Shown: piece after piece, positions 38,701 through 47,749 of the stretch
How positions within the stretch are numbered: the first letter of the stretch is position 1
How the letters are laid out: each line of letters begins with the position of its first letter
IMG/VR virus record: IMGVR_UViG_3300019752_000009
Coordinates: 1 to 57,578 of that record
DNA length: 57,578 bases
From: a virus
Taxonomy: Duplodnaviria; Caudoviricetes
Reading direction: 5' to 3' (one strand)
Notes under the pieces: model-generated
What the model saw: the letters and a program-made list of their open reading frames with translations, nothing else
Told to the model about the DNA's origin: nothing
Databases searched by the model: none
Position numbers and translations under genes: made by a program

Positions 38701-41700
38701 CATGATTTCAGCAACGACAAATACAGTATCAATGGAGACAACAGCGGCAGCTAACGCGGCAAACATGGAAACAACAGCGTCCATAAATTCTGCTAACATG
38801 GGTACAACAAGCGCAGCCACAGCCAGCGGTATGCTTGCAAGCGGGGGGCAAATAGCCGCTGGTTACTTAACAGGTATTGTTGAGCAAGTAAAGAACACAA
38901 TCAATGTTATGGGTCAAGTTATAAATAACCCTGAAATTCAAGAGTTGATGGGGCAAATAATGCCTGCAATGCAAGATATTGGGGCTGCAACATACACTGC
39001 TGTGCAGCCTGTTATGCAGCGTGCGCAGTTAGGGCAATACGCACCAGACAAGCAGAAAGATGCGGATAATAAAGACAAAAAAGATGCTGATAAACCATAT
39101 GATTTCTCTGACTTCATTAAAGAGCTTAAAGAGTTTAATGAAGAAGGTAGTGAGTCGTACAAAGCCATTAAAACCTTTAGAGATGCCTTTAAGGGTGTTG
39201 ATAGTGAGTTTTTTGATGCAAGCATGTCATCCAGTGAAGTAGCCGCTAGTTTTGCAGGATTATCAACAGAATCATTGCCTGCGCTATCAGAACAAACCGC
39301 TGTCACAGCAGATGATATTTGGAAGATTTCAAGCTCTCAGATGTTAGCTTTATCAGGGGTCATGGGTAAGAATTGGACTGAAATTATTGATTTAAGTGAT
39401 GATGCTTTTGCCGAGTTACTTAATAAGAATGATATATCTATGGAACAAATTGCTTCCGTAGGGGACATTTCCAAAATGTCCGAAAGTCAAATGGCTGAGT
39501 TAGCTAAAAAGGCTGGCTTAAGTGAAGAAGAGTTTGAGAAGATGACTATAGCCTATGTAAACTCCCTTAAGGAGCAAGAGGATGCTATTAAATCCCTTAA
39601 TATGGAACTCCAAGACTTTGTCAGCGGTATTGGAGATGATGCTGCTAACATCAGGGATATACGAGATGGTTGGTCTGGTGCTGATTTGTCTATGGTTGAC
39701 TTTGATGGCGGCTCTATTAAAGTTGCTAATGATTTCTTAACCATGGGTGAGGAAGGCTGGAAGCGTTTAGCCGCTCAAACGAAACAATCTGTGCCTGAAG
39801 TTCAAGAGCAAATAATGGGTATAGTCGCCTCTATGCAAAACGAGGAAAAAGCACGTGAATCATATCTTGATTCACTAATTAGTTTTACAGACGGGCTGAC
39901 AGACACGCAACGCAAAGCAGATGAGCTTGCTTGGATGGCTAATATGGGGTTATCTAAGAATTCGGAGGAAGCCGCAAAACAGTTAATGGGTTTAAGTGAA
40001 GATGGTCTTAAGAAGTTGTCACTGCAAACTGGTATTTCTGTCGAAGATTTGCGTGTGGCTGGTGTTGATTATGTGTCAAATCTAAAAGAGCAAGAGGACG
40101 CGTTAAAATCCTTTAATGATAGTGTTGATTCTTTCAAGGGCGGTTTAAAGGTAGACTTAAGTGGTGATAAAGATTACACAAGCACATACAAATCCTTAAC
40201 CGAAAAATACAAAGATATAGGTATTGATTTTGAAGAATGGGCAAAAGGCTCTAGTAGTATCGATATCGCTAATACATTTCTGGATTTAGATTTTAATGAG
40301 TTAGCTAAAAACCTTCAGTTAACAGACGCTCAGAAAGCAGAATTAATAGCTGACTCAGATGCTATGTACCAAGCACGCAAAGCCCAAGAAGCTGAAGCCG
40401 CAGCCGACACACAGAAAGCAATTGATAAGGTGTTTGGGAATATGGAAGAAGCTTTTTCCCGTCTGAAAGGACTTAGTGATTCTATAGCTAACGACATCAC
40501 TCAACGCACAGAGACTGCTGAGGATCGTCAAAAGAAACTTGGTGAATTAGAGCGTGAAATATTCGGTAAGCGTGATGATGCGATGTACAAGGATAATGAA
40601 CAGGTTGAAGAGCTTATCGGCAAGCAAGAACAATACTATGAGCTAATTGGTCAGGTTGAAGCTGACAAAATAGCAGCGATTAAAGAGGAATATGAGGAAT
40701 CCAAGAAAGGCTTGGAAGAACTCAAGAAAAAATGGGAGGACGCATTAAAAGCTGGTGAAAAAGCAGCAGAAACCATTACAGGGTTTATTGATAATATAAA
40801 CAAGGAGCTTGGTGTTGATTTAGAACAAAACGCCGATCAACTACGTGATGCCTTGAATAAGGCTTTGCCTGAAGATGCACCAGAAATTGCTGAAAAATTA
40901 GCTAAAGCAATGGATTATTCACGTAAGCGAGAAATAGAAAACCTGCAAGAGCTTAATAAGCAGCAAACAGAGTTGCAAAAATTGCGCGATGGTATTGCTA
41001 AAACAATGGAAAAAGAGACTAATACTGCTAAAGAACTGATGGATGTTTTGGCTAGCGGGTTTTCTGATTCTATGGAATTATCTGATGACAACATTGCTTA
41101 TGCCAATGACTACAAGTCTGCCATTGAATCCGCAATGTCCGAAGCTATTAAAAATGAAGAGGACGTTCAAAAATTACAGCAAGAGAAATATAATGCAGAA
41201 GTTCAACGCCAAGAAAACCTTATTGAGTTTGCACAAGAGTTGAACGGCTTTATTGATGATCTTGCTTTAGATGATGCTTTGTCCCCGCTTACAACGATGG
41301 AGAAGTTCGCAGAGTCTCAGAAGCAGTACGAAAGCACTTTACAGAAAGCGCGGGCTGGTGACGTAGATGCACAGAAAGAGTTAACTGGTGCTGCAAAAGC
41401 TTATTTGGAATTAGCTGGTGAAGCTTATGCATCTAGTTCGGACTATGTGGGGATATTTGAGCAAGTCAAGGGTGATGTTAAAGAAACGGGTGGGGCCGCG
41501 TTACAAGAAGCTAGTGCTATAGATGTGCAATCTTTAAGTGAAGAAGAACAAACCGCTCAAAACACAGCCGCTATTGCTGAGGTTCAGCAAGAGTATTTAG
41601 ACAAGCTAAACCAGATTGATTCTGTAACAGCAGGATGGCAACAAGAAATTGCCACTCAACTAGGCGCACCTAATGCCACACCATTACCTGAAGATCAGTT

Positions 41701-43249
41701 GCAATTACAAATCGACGCGATAAATAATGCTTACAAAGAAGACTTTATGGCGTTAAATGAACAGGTAACAAGTAATTTAATCCCTGTTTTGCGGGGTGCA
41801 TATGATATTGCCTTAGCTGAATCTGAGAAATCATTTGATGATACAGAATTTGCACAAAGAATTGCCGAGATTGAAGGTGAGAGCCTAGCTAAATTAGGTG
41901 CTTTAGGTGAAGATATTAAGGTGTTAGATGATACGCTAAAAAACACACTTGACCTACACATGCAAGAGTTGATTTTACAATTACCTGCTAATTTGCGCAC
42001 AGAAGTTGGGGATCGTCTATCTAATGTGATGCAAACTGATGTTGTGGGGGCGTTAAATGCTGTGGGTAATGCTGTTGGTAGTATTAACTTTAGTGTTGAT
42101 AGTGAAGGTAATGTTAGTGGAGGGGCTAGTTATAGTGGATATCAAAATAAAACCAAGGCACCTACAATTCAGGAGAAAATCAGCGCGGTGACAAGTGGGT
42201 ATGATGTTAACGCAGGCTCCACAACAAAATCTAAAGAAATGAGTCGCTCTGATTTATGGAAAATGCGTGGACACGCTGTTGATGAAAGTGTTACTGAATC
42301 AACCAAAAATGCAGAATACCAAACGCAAGAGCAGCTGTTCAATGAAAAGATGGCTCAACGACACGAAGTTGCAACCAAACTAGAGTCTCTCGGTGTTAGA
42401 CATGATGTCTATGTTCCTGATGAACTTGAAATAATGAAAAAAGTTGCTCCTTTATTATTTGCTGAAACTGGAGTTCAAACCAGTGTTAGTGATATTAGTG
42501 ACGAGGCTGTCAGCTCTATGATAGAAAAAACTCCTGATGAGATGGTGGCTGGATTCAAGGAACAAATAGAATCACTTAGTTGGAGAGCTGACTCTATGAA
42601 CTTTGCTGTAACACCCCCAGATCAAGGGGTAAAGGGTGAGCTAGAGTATCAAATTAGCAAGATTAAAACAGCTATGGATTACTTTAATTTCGATTACAGT
42701 GGCGGTCAGTATAAAAAATCAGAGAAGGAAACATTCGATAATATGGGTGGTTTTGGCTCTATATCTGCTAACAGGTATGGTTTAGCTAAGGGTATTATAA
42801 GCGAGGATGATATATTGTCAGCGAGTATTAGTGGTATGGACTCTGCTAGAATGCTACAGCTTTCGACACAGGCGGGGATGTATCAAGGGGATGTGACAGC
42901 ATTCGCAACTGGTGGAATTGTAACACAACCAACAATGGGATTGATAGGCGAAGCTGGTGAAAATGAAGCCGTTATACCGCTAAGCAAGTTTGATAACTTC
43001 TCAGCGCGTAGTGAAGAGCTTTATGAATTACGACAATTATTAGTTAGACAAAGTAATAGTGGTCAAAACAGTGAAGAGCTTGCTATATTAAGAGAACAGC
43101 TTGAGTTAATGAGGCAAAATCTTGCTGCAAATCAAGAAGTGATTGCAATGCAGCAAGAAATTATAAATACCTTGGACAAACAAACTGATGAAACAATCGG
43201 TGTGATTAGAAAATCGCAACCAAAGCAAGGTAGGAGGGCTAGTAGCTAA
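32723..43249 (+). CDS. Tape measure protein, 3508 aa (TP901-type core)
   Basis: FEAQMSKVQAITGA, AREMGATTQFSATESAQA, GIQGTMSGTALR; C-terminal FATGGIVTQPT..LIGEAG..EAVIPL. Confidence 0.95.
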   Translation: MDFNASINIAVDARNAKRSVDGVVSSLDSLISSTERMDSKLLKLNNSFSKTSSYASTASSELSKLGKTYSRTSEMAGKASLRVDKLSKNLSSSVSDVKSTAEAFAAFNKVLSRTGKMKPLKLETSGMKKSVDDLITAIKPLAGALNRATTAALKNDDAIKSLTETYRSYATALRKASSAQDKISKSNKDSSKSANQLNDRLSALETRQRSTNKTISETRTVTSQTTKSFSGMTGRAGLLGAAIGTLVGGFTALKAVMSTGIEFEAQMSKVQAITGATKEDLEELTAAAREMGATTQFSATESAQALEFMGLAGFTADQAIKALPHTLSLAAASGMDLASTADIVTNQMTALQMSVEELPQVVDHFAAVTTTSNTNMRQLADSAKYAAPIFAEAGYNISTMTASIGMMANIGIQGTMSGTALRGAISRLAKPPKMAADSLKELGISAKDANNDMKPLGDVMQELSEKFKGMGNAVRLGHIKTIFGMEAMTGMSGLITQSETFSKKVLEGQANIENFSKAMSGLASPSEKARAELHSLGVVLADNKGKATSSQERFNQLAHSLKDLNADKQAASLKKIFGDDIPASIAKTIESTELLSGELTIQDGVVVKTTTKFKDYEKQLNSMTGTANRMAKIMSDNVKGAIKTMNSSFESLALTSFDFMKDDLRDVVDWITNGVRAADDFLKSIQEWNSEGFTASGEYDEFFTRIQRGWDNVLYLFYDVRNSFTDFINEMNDGQTNFMSVTDTIISGWEMLGGFLNNLPNVISDISTELHGADNAASGFIDSMFEGRTLSEVFSDAITELAHFDTMLDSTKAIFADLANSAWERLSAVFQKIPAQAGIAWEKVKQYGEYSFLKLQASFTEHAIVPIGKGILSLQGSFAKVQAFAGNVSNKIKSAFLSGFQVIIKALMSVTDEAGAIASKLDNIAGTNTAAAFSGMRDSLGGVNLALVKGKANLTDYDAQLRVNLSTIEGEKAALNASAKAAHDHADSVLNSKNANIKAYESEINAIDERADASIKASEAVAMAAIKEHDAAKEQTRLNVEMNKSKSDAVREGKKFNAEKEREAEATARAQKAKKAESDATGALANAANDASNATDKLAKSNSKMSKSAKVAVSDIDKLINGLQKQADLAGLTAEQKLSVKIEQAGIKSGLSPSEIEEQKVKALGLRKEAQSKKELASIRKMQKEHEKNVKYSMLSEKEAAKQKWIDKKSVTGENDKQLALMYDQIHAQEELNKATKENREEWKRIGESVQSSIGDILTGAKSTKDAFKDIGKMFADMATKKAMEGLFGDPAKGGGLGNMFANLFGGGGERKESSGDGFWSNISDNFGSLMSGKDKDGEKVDIFGGIKDMFTGGKEAPSEGFFDSVTNLFTGGKKQSGGFFESISNMFSGDGKGGGIFDSIGKMFSGDSKGGGIMDTISGFFGGDKDGGGIMDTISGFFSSDSGGGDGIMSSIGKMFSSGGDAGGAGGGMGGVGASVMAGISGLASGDNQAAASGILGAAGGAIGGPAGQMIGQFLGSKLVGNWVEEARHLTASITDFSGVFKTKIIEVNKGWATGGKRTKYEDVDDAENKKLQAMLENVVTILSNTGKRINKTLTEDFKFSGAIDVVHEDTGTFEEQFASMQARMIKAAVAGMNIAGVDRNIGDVMFENVNEMMLSARDGVYDAAFQAELWRPGQTDKTDALGGSIREGVNELINSTDFSDMSFEETQALLSAHITEAMGAENINVPQSSFDNMATQLAEQIESGMKWLASTDGFIDPDADFLMNIKDLVHQYDLGLGWEAGATPEELNSLIAGMIDMRDSFKVFGYETKFVTKSLMDAFGDVETLSANMQSFQTNFLSETQQNAGKYKVLNDSVTRSFHDLGMQVPRTRSQFKMLIDGLADDLDNQENQEKFAALMGMSDELAQLYELQTKGIEKASDAIEVFASKMEGAWRTISSADIGSMLTDSIMNAANAQEAGKAFADNFAQMFQQKMVDTVITTVSDMVFNSIITPMISATTNTVSMETTAAANAANMETTASINSANMGTTSAATASGMLASGGQIAAGYLTGIVEQVKNTINVMGQVINNPEIQELMGQIMPAMQDIGAATYTAVQPVMQRAQLGQYAPDKQKDADNKDKKDADKPYDFSDFIKELKEFNEEGSESYKAIKTFRDAFKGVDSEFFDASMSSSEVAASFAGLSTESLPALSEQTAVTADDIWKISSSQMLALSGVMGKNWTEIIDLSDDAFAELLNKNDISMEQIASVGDISKMSESQMAELAKKAGLSEEEFEKMTIAYVNSLKEQEDAIKSLNMELQDFVSGIGDDAANIRDIRDGWSGADLSMVDFDGGSIKVANDFLTMGEEGWKRLAAQTKQSVPEVQEQIMGIVASMQNEEKARESYLDSLISFTDGLTDTQRKADELAWMANMGLSKNSEEAAKQLMGLSEDGLKKLSLQTGISVEDLRVAGVDYVSNLKEQEDALKSFNDSVDSFKGGLKVDLSGDKDYTSTYKSLTEKYKDIGIDFEEWAKGSSSIDIANTFLDLDFNELAKNLQLTDAQKAELIADSDAMYQARKAQEAEAAADTQKAIDKVFGNMEEAFSRLKGLSDSIANDITQRTETAEDRQKKLGELEREIFGKRDDAMYKDNEQVEELIGKQEQYYELIGQVEADKIAAIKEEYEESKKGLEELKKKWEDALKAGEKAAETITGFIDNINKELGVDLEQNADQLRDALNKALPEDAPEIAEKLAKAMDYSRKREIENLQELNKQQTELQKLRDGIAKTMEKETNTAKELMDVLASGFSDSMELSDDNIAYANDYKSAIESAMSEAIKNEEDVQKLQQEKYNAEVQRQENLIEFAQELNGFIDDLALDDALSPLTTMEKFAESQKQYESTLQKARAGDVDAQKELTGAAKAYLELAGEAYASSSDYVGIFEQVKGDVKETGGAALQEASAIDVQSLSEEEQTAQNTAAIAEVQQEYLDKLNQIDSVTAGWQQEIATQLGAPNATPLPEDQLQLQIDAINNAYKEDFMALNEQVTSNLIPVLRGAYDIALAESEKSFDDTEFAQRIAEIEGESLAKLGALGEDIKVLDDTLKNTLDLHMQELILQLPANLRTEVGDRLSNVMQTDVVGALNAVGNAVGSINFSVDSEGNVSGGASYSGYQNKTKAPTIQEKISAVTSGYDVNAGSTTKSKEMSRSDLWKMRGHAVDESVTESTKNAEYQTQEQLFNEKMAQRHEVATKLESLGVRHDVYVPDELEIMKKVAPLLFAETGVQTSVSDISDEAVSSMIEKTPDEMVAGFKEQIESLSWRADSMNFAVTPPDQGVKGELEYQISKIKTAMDYFNFDYSGGQYKKSEKETFDNMGGFGSISANRYGLAKGIISEDDILSASISGMDSARMLQLSTQAGMYQGDVTAFATGGIVTQPTMGLIGEAGENEAVIPLSKFDNFSARSEELYELRQLLVRQSNSGQNSEELAILREQLELMRQNLAANQEVIAMQQEIINTLDKQTDETIGVIRKSQPKQGRRASS

Positions 43250-44730
43250 TGCCTATATCAGATCAAGAGTTTAAGGATTGGTTGAATGAAGATAGTGTTA
43301 TACGATGCATCCTTATTGAGGCTAAATATTATGATAAAACTCTTGCAATAGAAAAAACAGAGTATTTCTCATATCAACCCTATGAAAAAGGCAGTGTAAT
43401 ATATGATGATTGCGTTAAAGAGATACCATCATTTAACACATCCTTAGATGTTCCAGAACCGCAGAATAATAATATGAATATATCAGCATCCCAAAGTTTT
43501 GGTGATATTGATTTAACAAATGAAAATGGTGTAAGGGACTTATGGTTAAATCATGCTTGGGATGGTAGAGATATTGTATTAAAAATCGGAGATCCAATAT
43601 GGGATGAAGCTGACTTTAGAGTGATACTTAATGGTGTAATAAATGATATTAGCGCACCTGACCAAAACACAATAAAACTACAAATACGTGGCGTTGATCA
43701 TTTGTTAGATATTCAGTTACAAGACACTCTTTTAACAACTGAGAAAGCAAAAGATAAACCTGTACCAATTTGTTTAGGGCAAGTATTTAATATAGAGCCA
43801 GTGCTAATTGATGCAGCAACACATAGGTATAAAGTTCATGAGGGGCAAATAAATGATATTACAGACGTTCGCGTGAACGGACTTACTGTAGCAGGATTCA
43901 CTAAAGATTTAGTTAATGGTGAATTCACACTAACAGTTACACCTCAAGGAACTATTACATGTGATGTTCAAGGGGCTATATATAATGCTGCATATATCAC
44001 TAAAGCATCTGATTTCGTGAAATACCTAATTGATTTACACTCCACTATTAATGTGGTAACGGGAATAAACACAGCATCCTTCTCTCAGCTTGATTTAGAT
44101 GCACCTTATCAAACAGGTGTCTATTTTGATTCAAGAGAAAATCTTAGTAACGCTATCAACCAAATATTAACATCAAGTGGAGCATTTAAAGTTTTTGATA
44201 GAGACGGTTTATTAAGCGTGTATCAATTTAAAACAGGTGGTACACCTACGTTGAGTATTTTACCTGATGATGTGTTGGAAGGTAAACTTTCTCTTGATGA
44301 TCGAAATACACCAGTAGAAGAAATAAGGGTTGGGTATCAAAGAAACTACCATATCCAGAAAGATGGTTTGGCTGCTTCTATCACAGAGTCAAATAGACAG
44401 CTTTATGGTTTAGATTTTCAAGTTGAAAAAGATAGCGATCCTACCGTATCGGTTGCACATTTATTAGCAAAAAAGCCAAATATGATTGAAAGTGATTTAG
44501 TGCTGAGTGCAGATGCATTAACAGAATCAACCAGATTACTTTCACTACATAAAGAAATACGCTTTAAATACAAGTTGGATGGTTATGTTATACCATTTCA
44601 GTTAGTTTTAGGTGATACAGTAACTGTATTTAGTGATAGGTATGGACTAGAAAATGGTGTTGATATGGTAGTTATAGGTATAGATGAAAGTTACACAAGT
44701 AAACGTGTTGAACTAACATTGTGGAACTAA
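43249..44730 (+). CDS. Tail tip/baseplate hub-like protein
   Basis: Coupled to tape measure stop; KPVPICLGQVFNIEPVLID. Confidence 0.7.
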   Translation: MPISDQEFKDWLNEDSVIRCILIEAKYYDKTLAIEKTEYFSYQPYEKGSVIYDDCVKEIPSFNTSLDVPEPQNNNMNISASQSFGDIDLTNENGVRDLWLNHAWDGRDIVLKIGDPIWDEADFRVILNGVINDISAPDQNTIKLQIRGVDHLLDIQLQDTLLTTEKAKDKPVPICLGQVFNIEPVLIDAATHRYKVHEGQINDITDVRVNGLTVAGFTKDLVNGEFTLTVTPQGTITCDVQGAIYNAAYITKASDFVKYLIDLHSTINVVTGINTASFSQLDLDAPYQTGVYFDSRENLSNAINQILTSSGAFKVFDRDGLLSVYQFKTGGTPTLSILPDDVLEGKLSLDDRNTPVEEIRVGYQRNYHIQKDGLAASITESNRQLYGLDFQVEKDSDPTVSVAHLLAKKPNMIESDLVLSADALTESTRLLSLHKEIRFKYKLDGYVIPFQLVLGDTVTVFSDRYGLENGVDMVVIGIDESYTSKRVELTLWN

Positions 44731-44751
44731 ATACACACTATATTTTATATT

Positions 44752-45603
44752 ATGAGCGATCCTAATGTAAGAATATTAATCGACAATAAGGGTGATAGCG
44801 CAACAATAACCGCATCACCTGCGTTCGAGTCAAACTTTCCAATCAGTAACGTAAAAAATCCGTTAAGGAGTTATTTCGCTCGCACAACGGGTTTAGCAAC
44901 GCAAGAGATATATCTTAATTGGGGTGGGGATACACACTCATTTACTGCATTAAATATGTCACGAATAAATCTATCTAGTGCGGCTACAGTCAGGTTTAGA
45001 ATCTGGTCAGGTGAAAATCAAACTGGCACACTGGTTTATGATAGTGGTGATGTGTTAGCTGTTCCACCAAAGGCGTTAGGCGATTTGAATTGGGGTATAG
45101 ACCCATTGGGCGCAAGCTTGTTCACTGGGTGGACAGGGGCTATTTTTACCACACTATGGTTTACACAGGTCTATGGTCAATCAGCTCAGATCACTATAAA
45201 CGATCCAGCTAACACGGATGGCTATATAAAGATAGGGCGATTATTCACAGGGTTTCACTTTGAGCCTGATTATAATATGGCGTGGGGTATGACTATTTCA
45301 AATGAAAACAACCATATCAAATCAAGGACTGATGGCGGCTCAATGCGAGTCGATCTGAGGTCGACATATAGGAAAATAAACTTTCAATTACCTGAGTTAA
45401 GAGATGAGCAAAGGGCTGTGGCTTTTAACCAAATAAAAATAATAAGTGATAACGCCACAGACTTTTTTATTAGTTGCTTTCCAGAACAAAATAATGAACA
45501 CGAAAGAAATTACTCGATGGTGGCGCGGTTAGATTCAACTATCTCAATTAACAACAATCATTGGAGCAACTACGCCACAAATTGGTCGGCAGTTGAAAAT
45601 TAA
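44752..45603 (+). CDS. Tail tip (distal tail-like) protein
   Basis: I.DPAN.DGYIKIGRLF.G..FEP.YN..WG, RTDGGS. Confidence 0.65.
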   Translation: MSDPNVRILIDNKGDSATITASPAFESNFPISNVKNPLRSYFARTTGLATQEIYLNWGGDTHSFTALNMSRINLSSAATVRFRIWSGENQTGTLVYDSGDVLAVPPKALGDLNWGIDPLGASLFTGWTGAIFTTLWFTQVYGQSAQITINDPANTDGYIKIGRLFTGFHFEPDYNMAWGMTISNENNHIKSRTDGGSMRVDLRSTYRKINFQLPELRDEQRAVAFNQIKIISDNATDFFISCFPEQNNEHERNYSMVARLDSTISINNNHWSNYATNWSAVEN

Positions 45604-45605
45604 TT

Positions 45606-46115
45606 ATGCCAGTAGGAACAACTTTTACCGCAGGGCAAACGGATTATATTCCAGACTTAAACGGGATTATTGTATTTGTTGATGGATTAGAAACAGAAAT
45701 AATCACCGCTCGTGGTGGGGAATCCACACTAAACGATAGACTTAATGGGTTTCTAGCTGCCACTTGGACACAGAATGTTAATGCAGGGGGCTACCGTTTA
45801 ACGAATGGGGCAGACGGCATTAATCCACAAGATTTTACAACGCTATCACAAGTTAATGCAATTGTTGGTGCTGGCGGAAGTCCGTCCTTAATCGCAATAA
45901 CAAGCTTAAATGTGGGTACCGCTACAGCCAATCAATTGATTGGGGTAAACGGTGCTGGAACAGATATTATAGGGTTATCAGCAGCAGCTTTAGCTGTGAC
46001 GGATTTGGATGTTGGTACCGCGACAGCGGGGCAAAATTTAAAAATAAATGACGCTGGCACTGCCGTTGTTGGTAGTGACGATAAAGGTTTTTTCCAATGG
46101 CTATGGGGGGTTTAA
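45606..46115 (+). CDS. Tail fibre-associated protein
   Basis: EIITARGGESTLNDRL; repeated L.VGTATA.Q units. Confidence 0.6.
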   Translation: MPVGTTFTAGQTDYIPDLNGIIVFVDGLETEIITARGGESTLNDRLNGFLAATWTQNVNAGGYRLTNGADGINPQDFTTLSQVNAIVGAGGSPSLIAITSLNVGTATANQLIGVNGAGTDIIGLSAAALAVTDLDVGTATAGQNLKINDAGTAVVGSDDKGFFQWLWGV

Positions 46116-46116
46116 C

Positions 46117-46446
46117 ATGGCAGACAATCCAATAAAAATACGTCAATCACTACCGATTGTACAGGGGGCATTAGGTTCGCCTTTAGCATATGCTAATGGC
46201 TCTTTAATAAAAAATATGATTATTTGCAACAATAGCGAAAGTGATCAAACTTTTTCAATATATTTAACTGATTCGGGTACCGCTGATGATAGCAACAGAT
46301 TAATTCCAGAATCATTTCCTATCGCTGCGAAATCAATTAAAACATATAATATTGATCAGTATTTACCTAATAATGCAGAGGTGCATGGTGTGTGCAACAT
46401 TGCAGATGAAATAACAATTCATATGACTGGTGTGGGGTTTAACTAA
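46117..46446 (+). CDS. Putative virion protein
   Basis: GGGGG RBS before ATG 46117; IKNMIICN. Confidence 0.6.
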   Translation: MADNPIKIRQSLPIVQGALGSPLAYANGSLIKNMIICNNSESDQTFSIYLTDSGTADDSNRLIPESFPIAAKSIKTYNIDQYLPNNAEVHGVCNIADEITIHMTGVGFN

Positions 46447-47261
46447 TGGCTGTTGGAATATCAAGCGATCCTGCTGCAAGTGGGGCGACAGGGGATTTTT
46501 ATAATGCTCCATTATTAGAGCCAGCAGAAACATCATTCTCTTTAGGGACTAATGCTGACGCATTACCAGCACATGCGCTTGGTTATGTAGCGTTTACTGG
46601 TGTTTCTTTTTATTTTTTTAATCAGGCGACCAATCTTACTGATTGGACTATTTCAGCAGCAACTGCAACCCCTAGCGGGGATATAATGGCGGGAGCATAC
46701 TTATCCACAGAAGACTCTGTATATTATATTGTTGTTGGTTCAAGCACTGGCGCGTTAAATACATTGCAGTTAGCAACTGTCAGTTATACAGGCACTGTTA
46801 CTAATGTTGGAACAGCGTTCTCACCAGTCACCGCATTAAATGGGTACACCCATACATATAAGTCACTGTACAAAAAAGACAATGGAGATTTTGAGCTACA
46901 TTATAATGACACTATATTTACAATATCAGCAGCAGGCACACTAATTAGTGAAGTAAGCTCGTTCCAAGATGTAGTTTACATTGAAAACAACAACATTATA
47001 TGTACAGGTGCTAACACATACACATACGGGTCATATTCAGAGTTTAAGCTGGCTAATGCATCAACAAAAAAATCAACAATATTAGCGACCAATCAATTTT
47101 ACCATAACGATAGTGCTTACCTTACTTATATATACAGATGGGACAAAAATGTATATATAAAAAGAACGGGGGGCATAATTAAGGGAGCAGGATTATATAG
47201 CACAGAGAAATCATTTCATAAGTTTATGGATTTCCATGCTAAACGTGGAGGGTTAATCTGA
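46446..47261 (+). CDS. Putative tail/receptor-binding protein
   Basis: Coupled ORF, Thr/Ser/Gly beta-rich. Confidence 0.55.
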   Translation: MAVGISSDPAASGATGDFYNAPLLEPAETSFSLGTNADALPAHALGYVAFTGVSFYFFNQATNLTDWTISAATATPSGDIMAGAYLSTEDSVYYIVVGSSTGALNTLQLATVSYTGTVTNVGTAFSPVTALNGYTHTYKSLYKKDNGDFELHYNDTIFTISAAGTLISEVSSFQDVVYIENNNIICTGANTYTYGSYSEFKLANASTKKSTILATNQFYHNDSAYLTYIYRWDKNVYIKRTGGIIKGAGLYSTEKSFHKFMDFHAKRGGLI

Positions 47262-47743
47262 TGCTTTTAATAACACTAAAAAAGGTCACATTCCCCCTAT
47301 CAACAGATAGTAACAACCAAGTCATCTACCCAGATGATAAATCACTATTTAAAAATGCAATAGTTGATGGCGATAAAATCATTAGTGACTATTATGGAAA
47401 GTTAGAACTAACTGAGTACACTGAGCCAACAAAGCCAAACTGGCTACCAACCTATCACTTCTTTAAAAGATTCCCTGATACAGCTCAAATGGTAATATTT
47501 TCTGTGGGAGATAGTGATGTGATGGCTGGTTTAACGATGGAACAAAGAATGGTTTTCCGTACATTCATATCTAAAATAAATGCCCTACCATCTCGCCAAA
47601 CAGATGATGGGGATTACGCCCAAATGATTGATCTAAACGATCCTGACACGATCAATGGTGTTAATTATATTTCCACTGTAACATGGAACGGGAATACTGA
47701 GCCACTTATTTCACCTGAGCAGGCTCAGGAAATACTTACCTAA
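47261..47743 (+). CDS. Hypothetical tail-associated protein
   Basis: GGAGG RBS; FFKRF...IDLNDP pattern. Confidence 0.6.
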   Translation: MLLITLKKVTFPLSTDSNNQVIYPDDKSLFKNAIVDGDKIISDYYGKLELTEYTEPTKPNWLPTYHFFKRFPDTAQMVIFSVGDSDVMAGLTMEQRMVFRTFISKINALPSRQTDDGDYAQMIDLNDPDTINGVNYISTVTWNGNTEPLISPEQAQEILT

Positions 47744-47749
47744 TTTATT

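Noticed and set aside
32881-42000. Many minus-strand ORFs up to 262 aa
   Set aside because: Shadow ORFs of the tape measure gene
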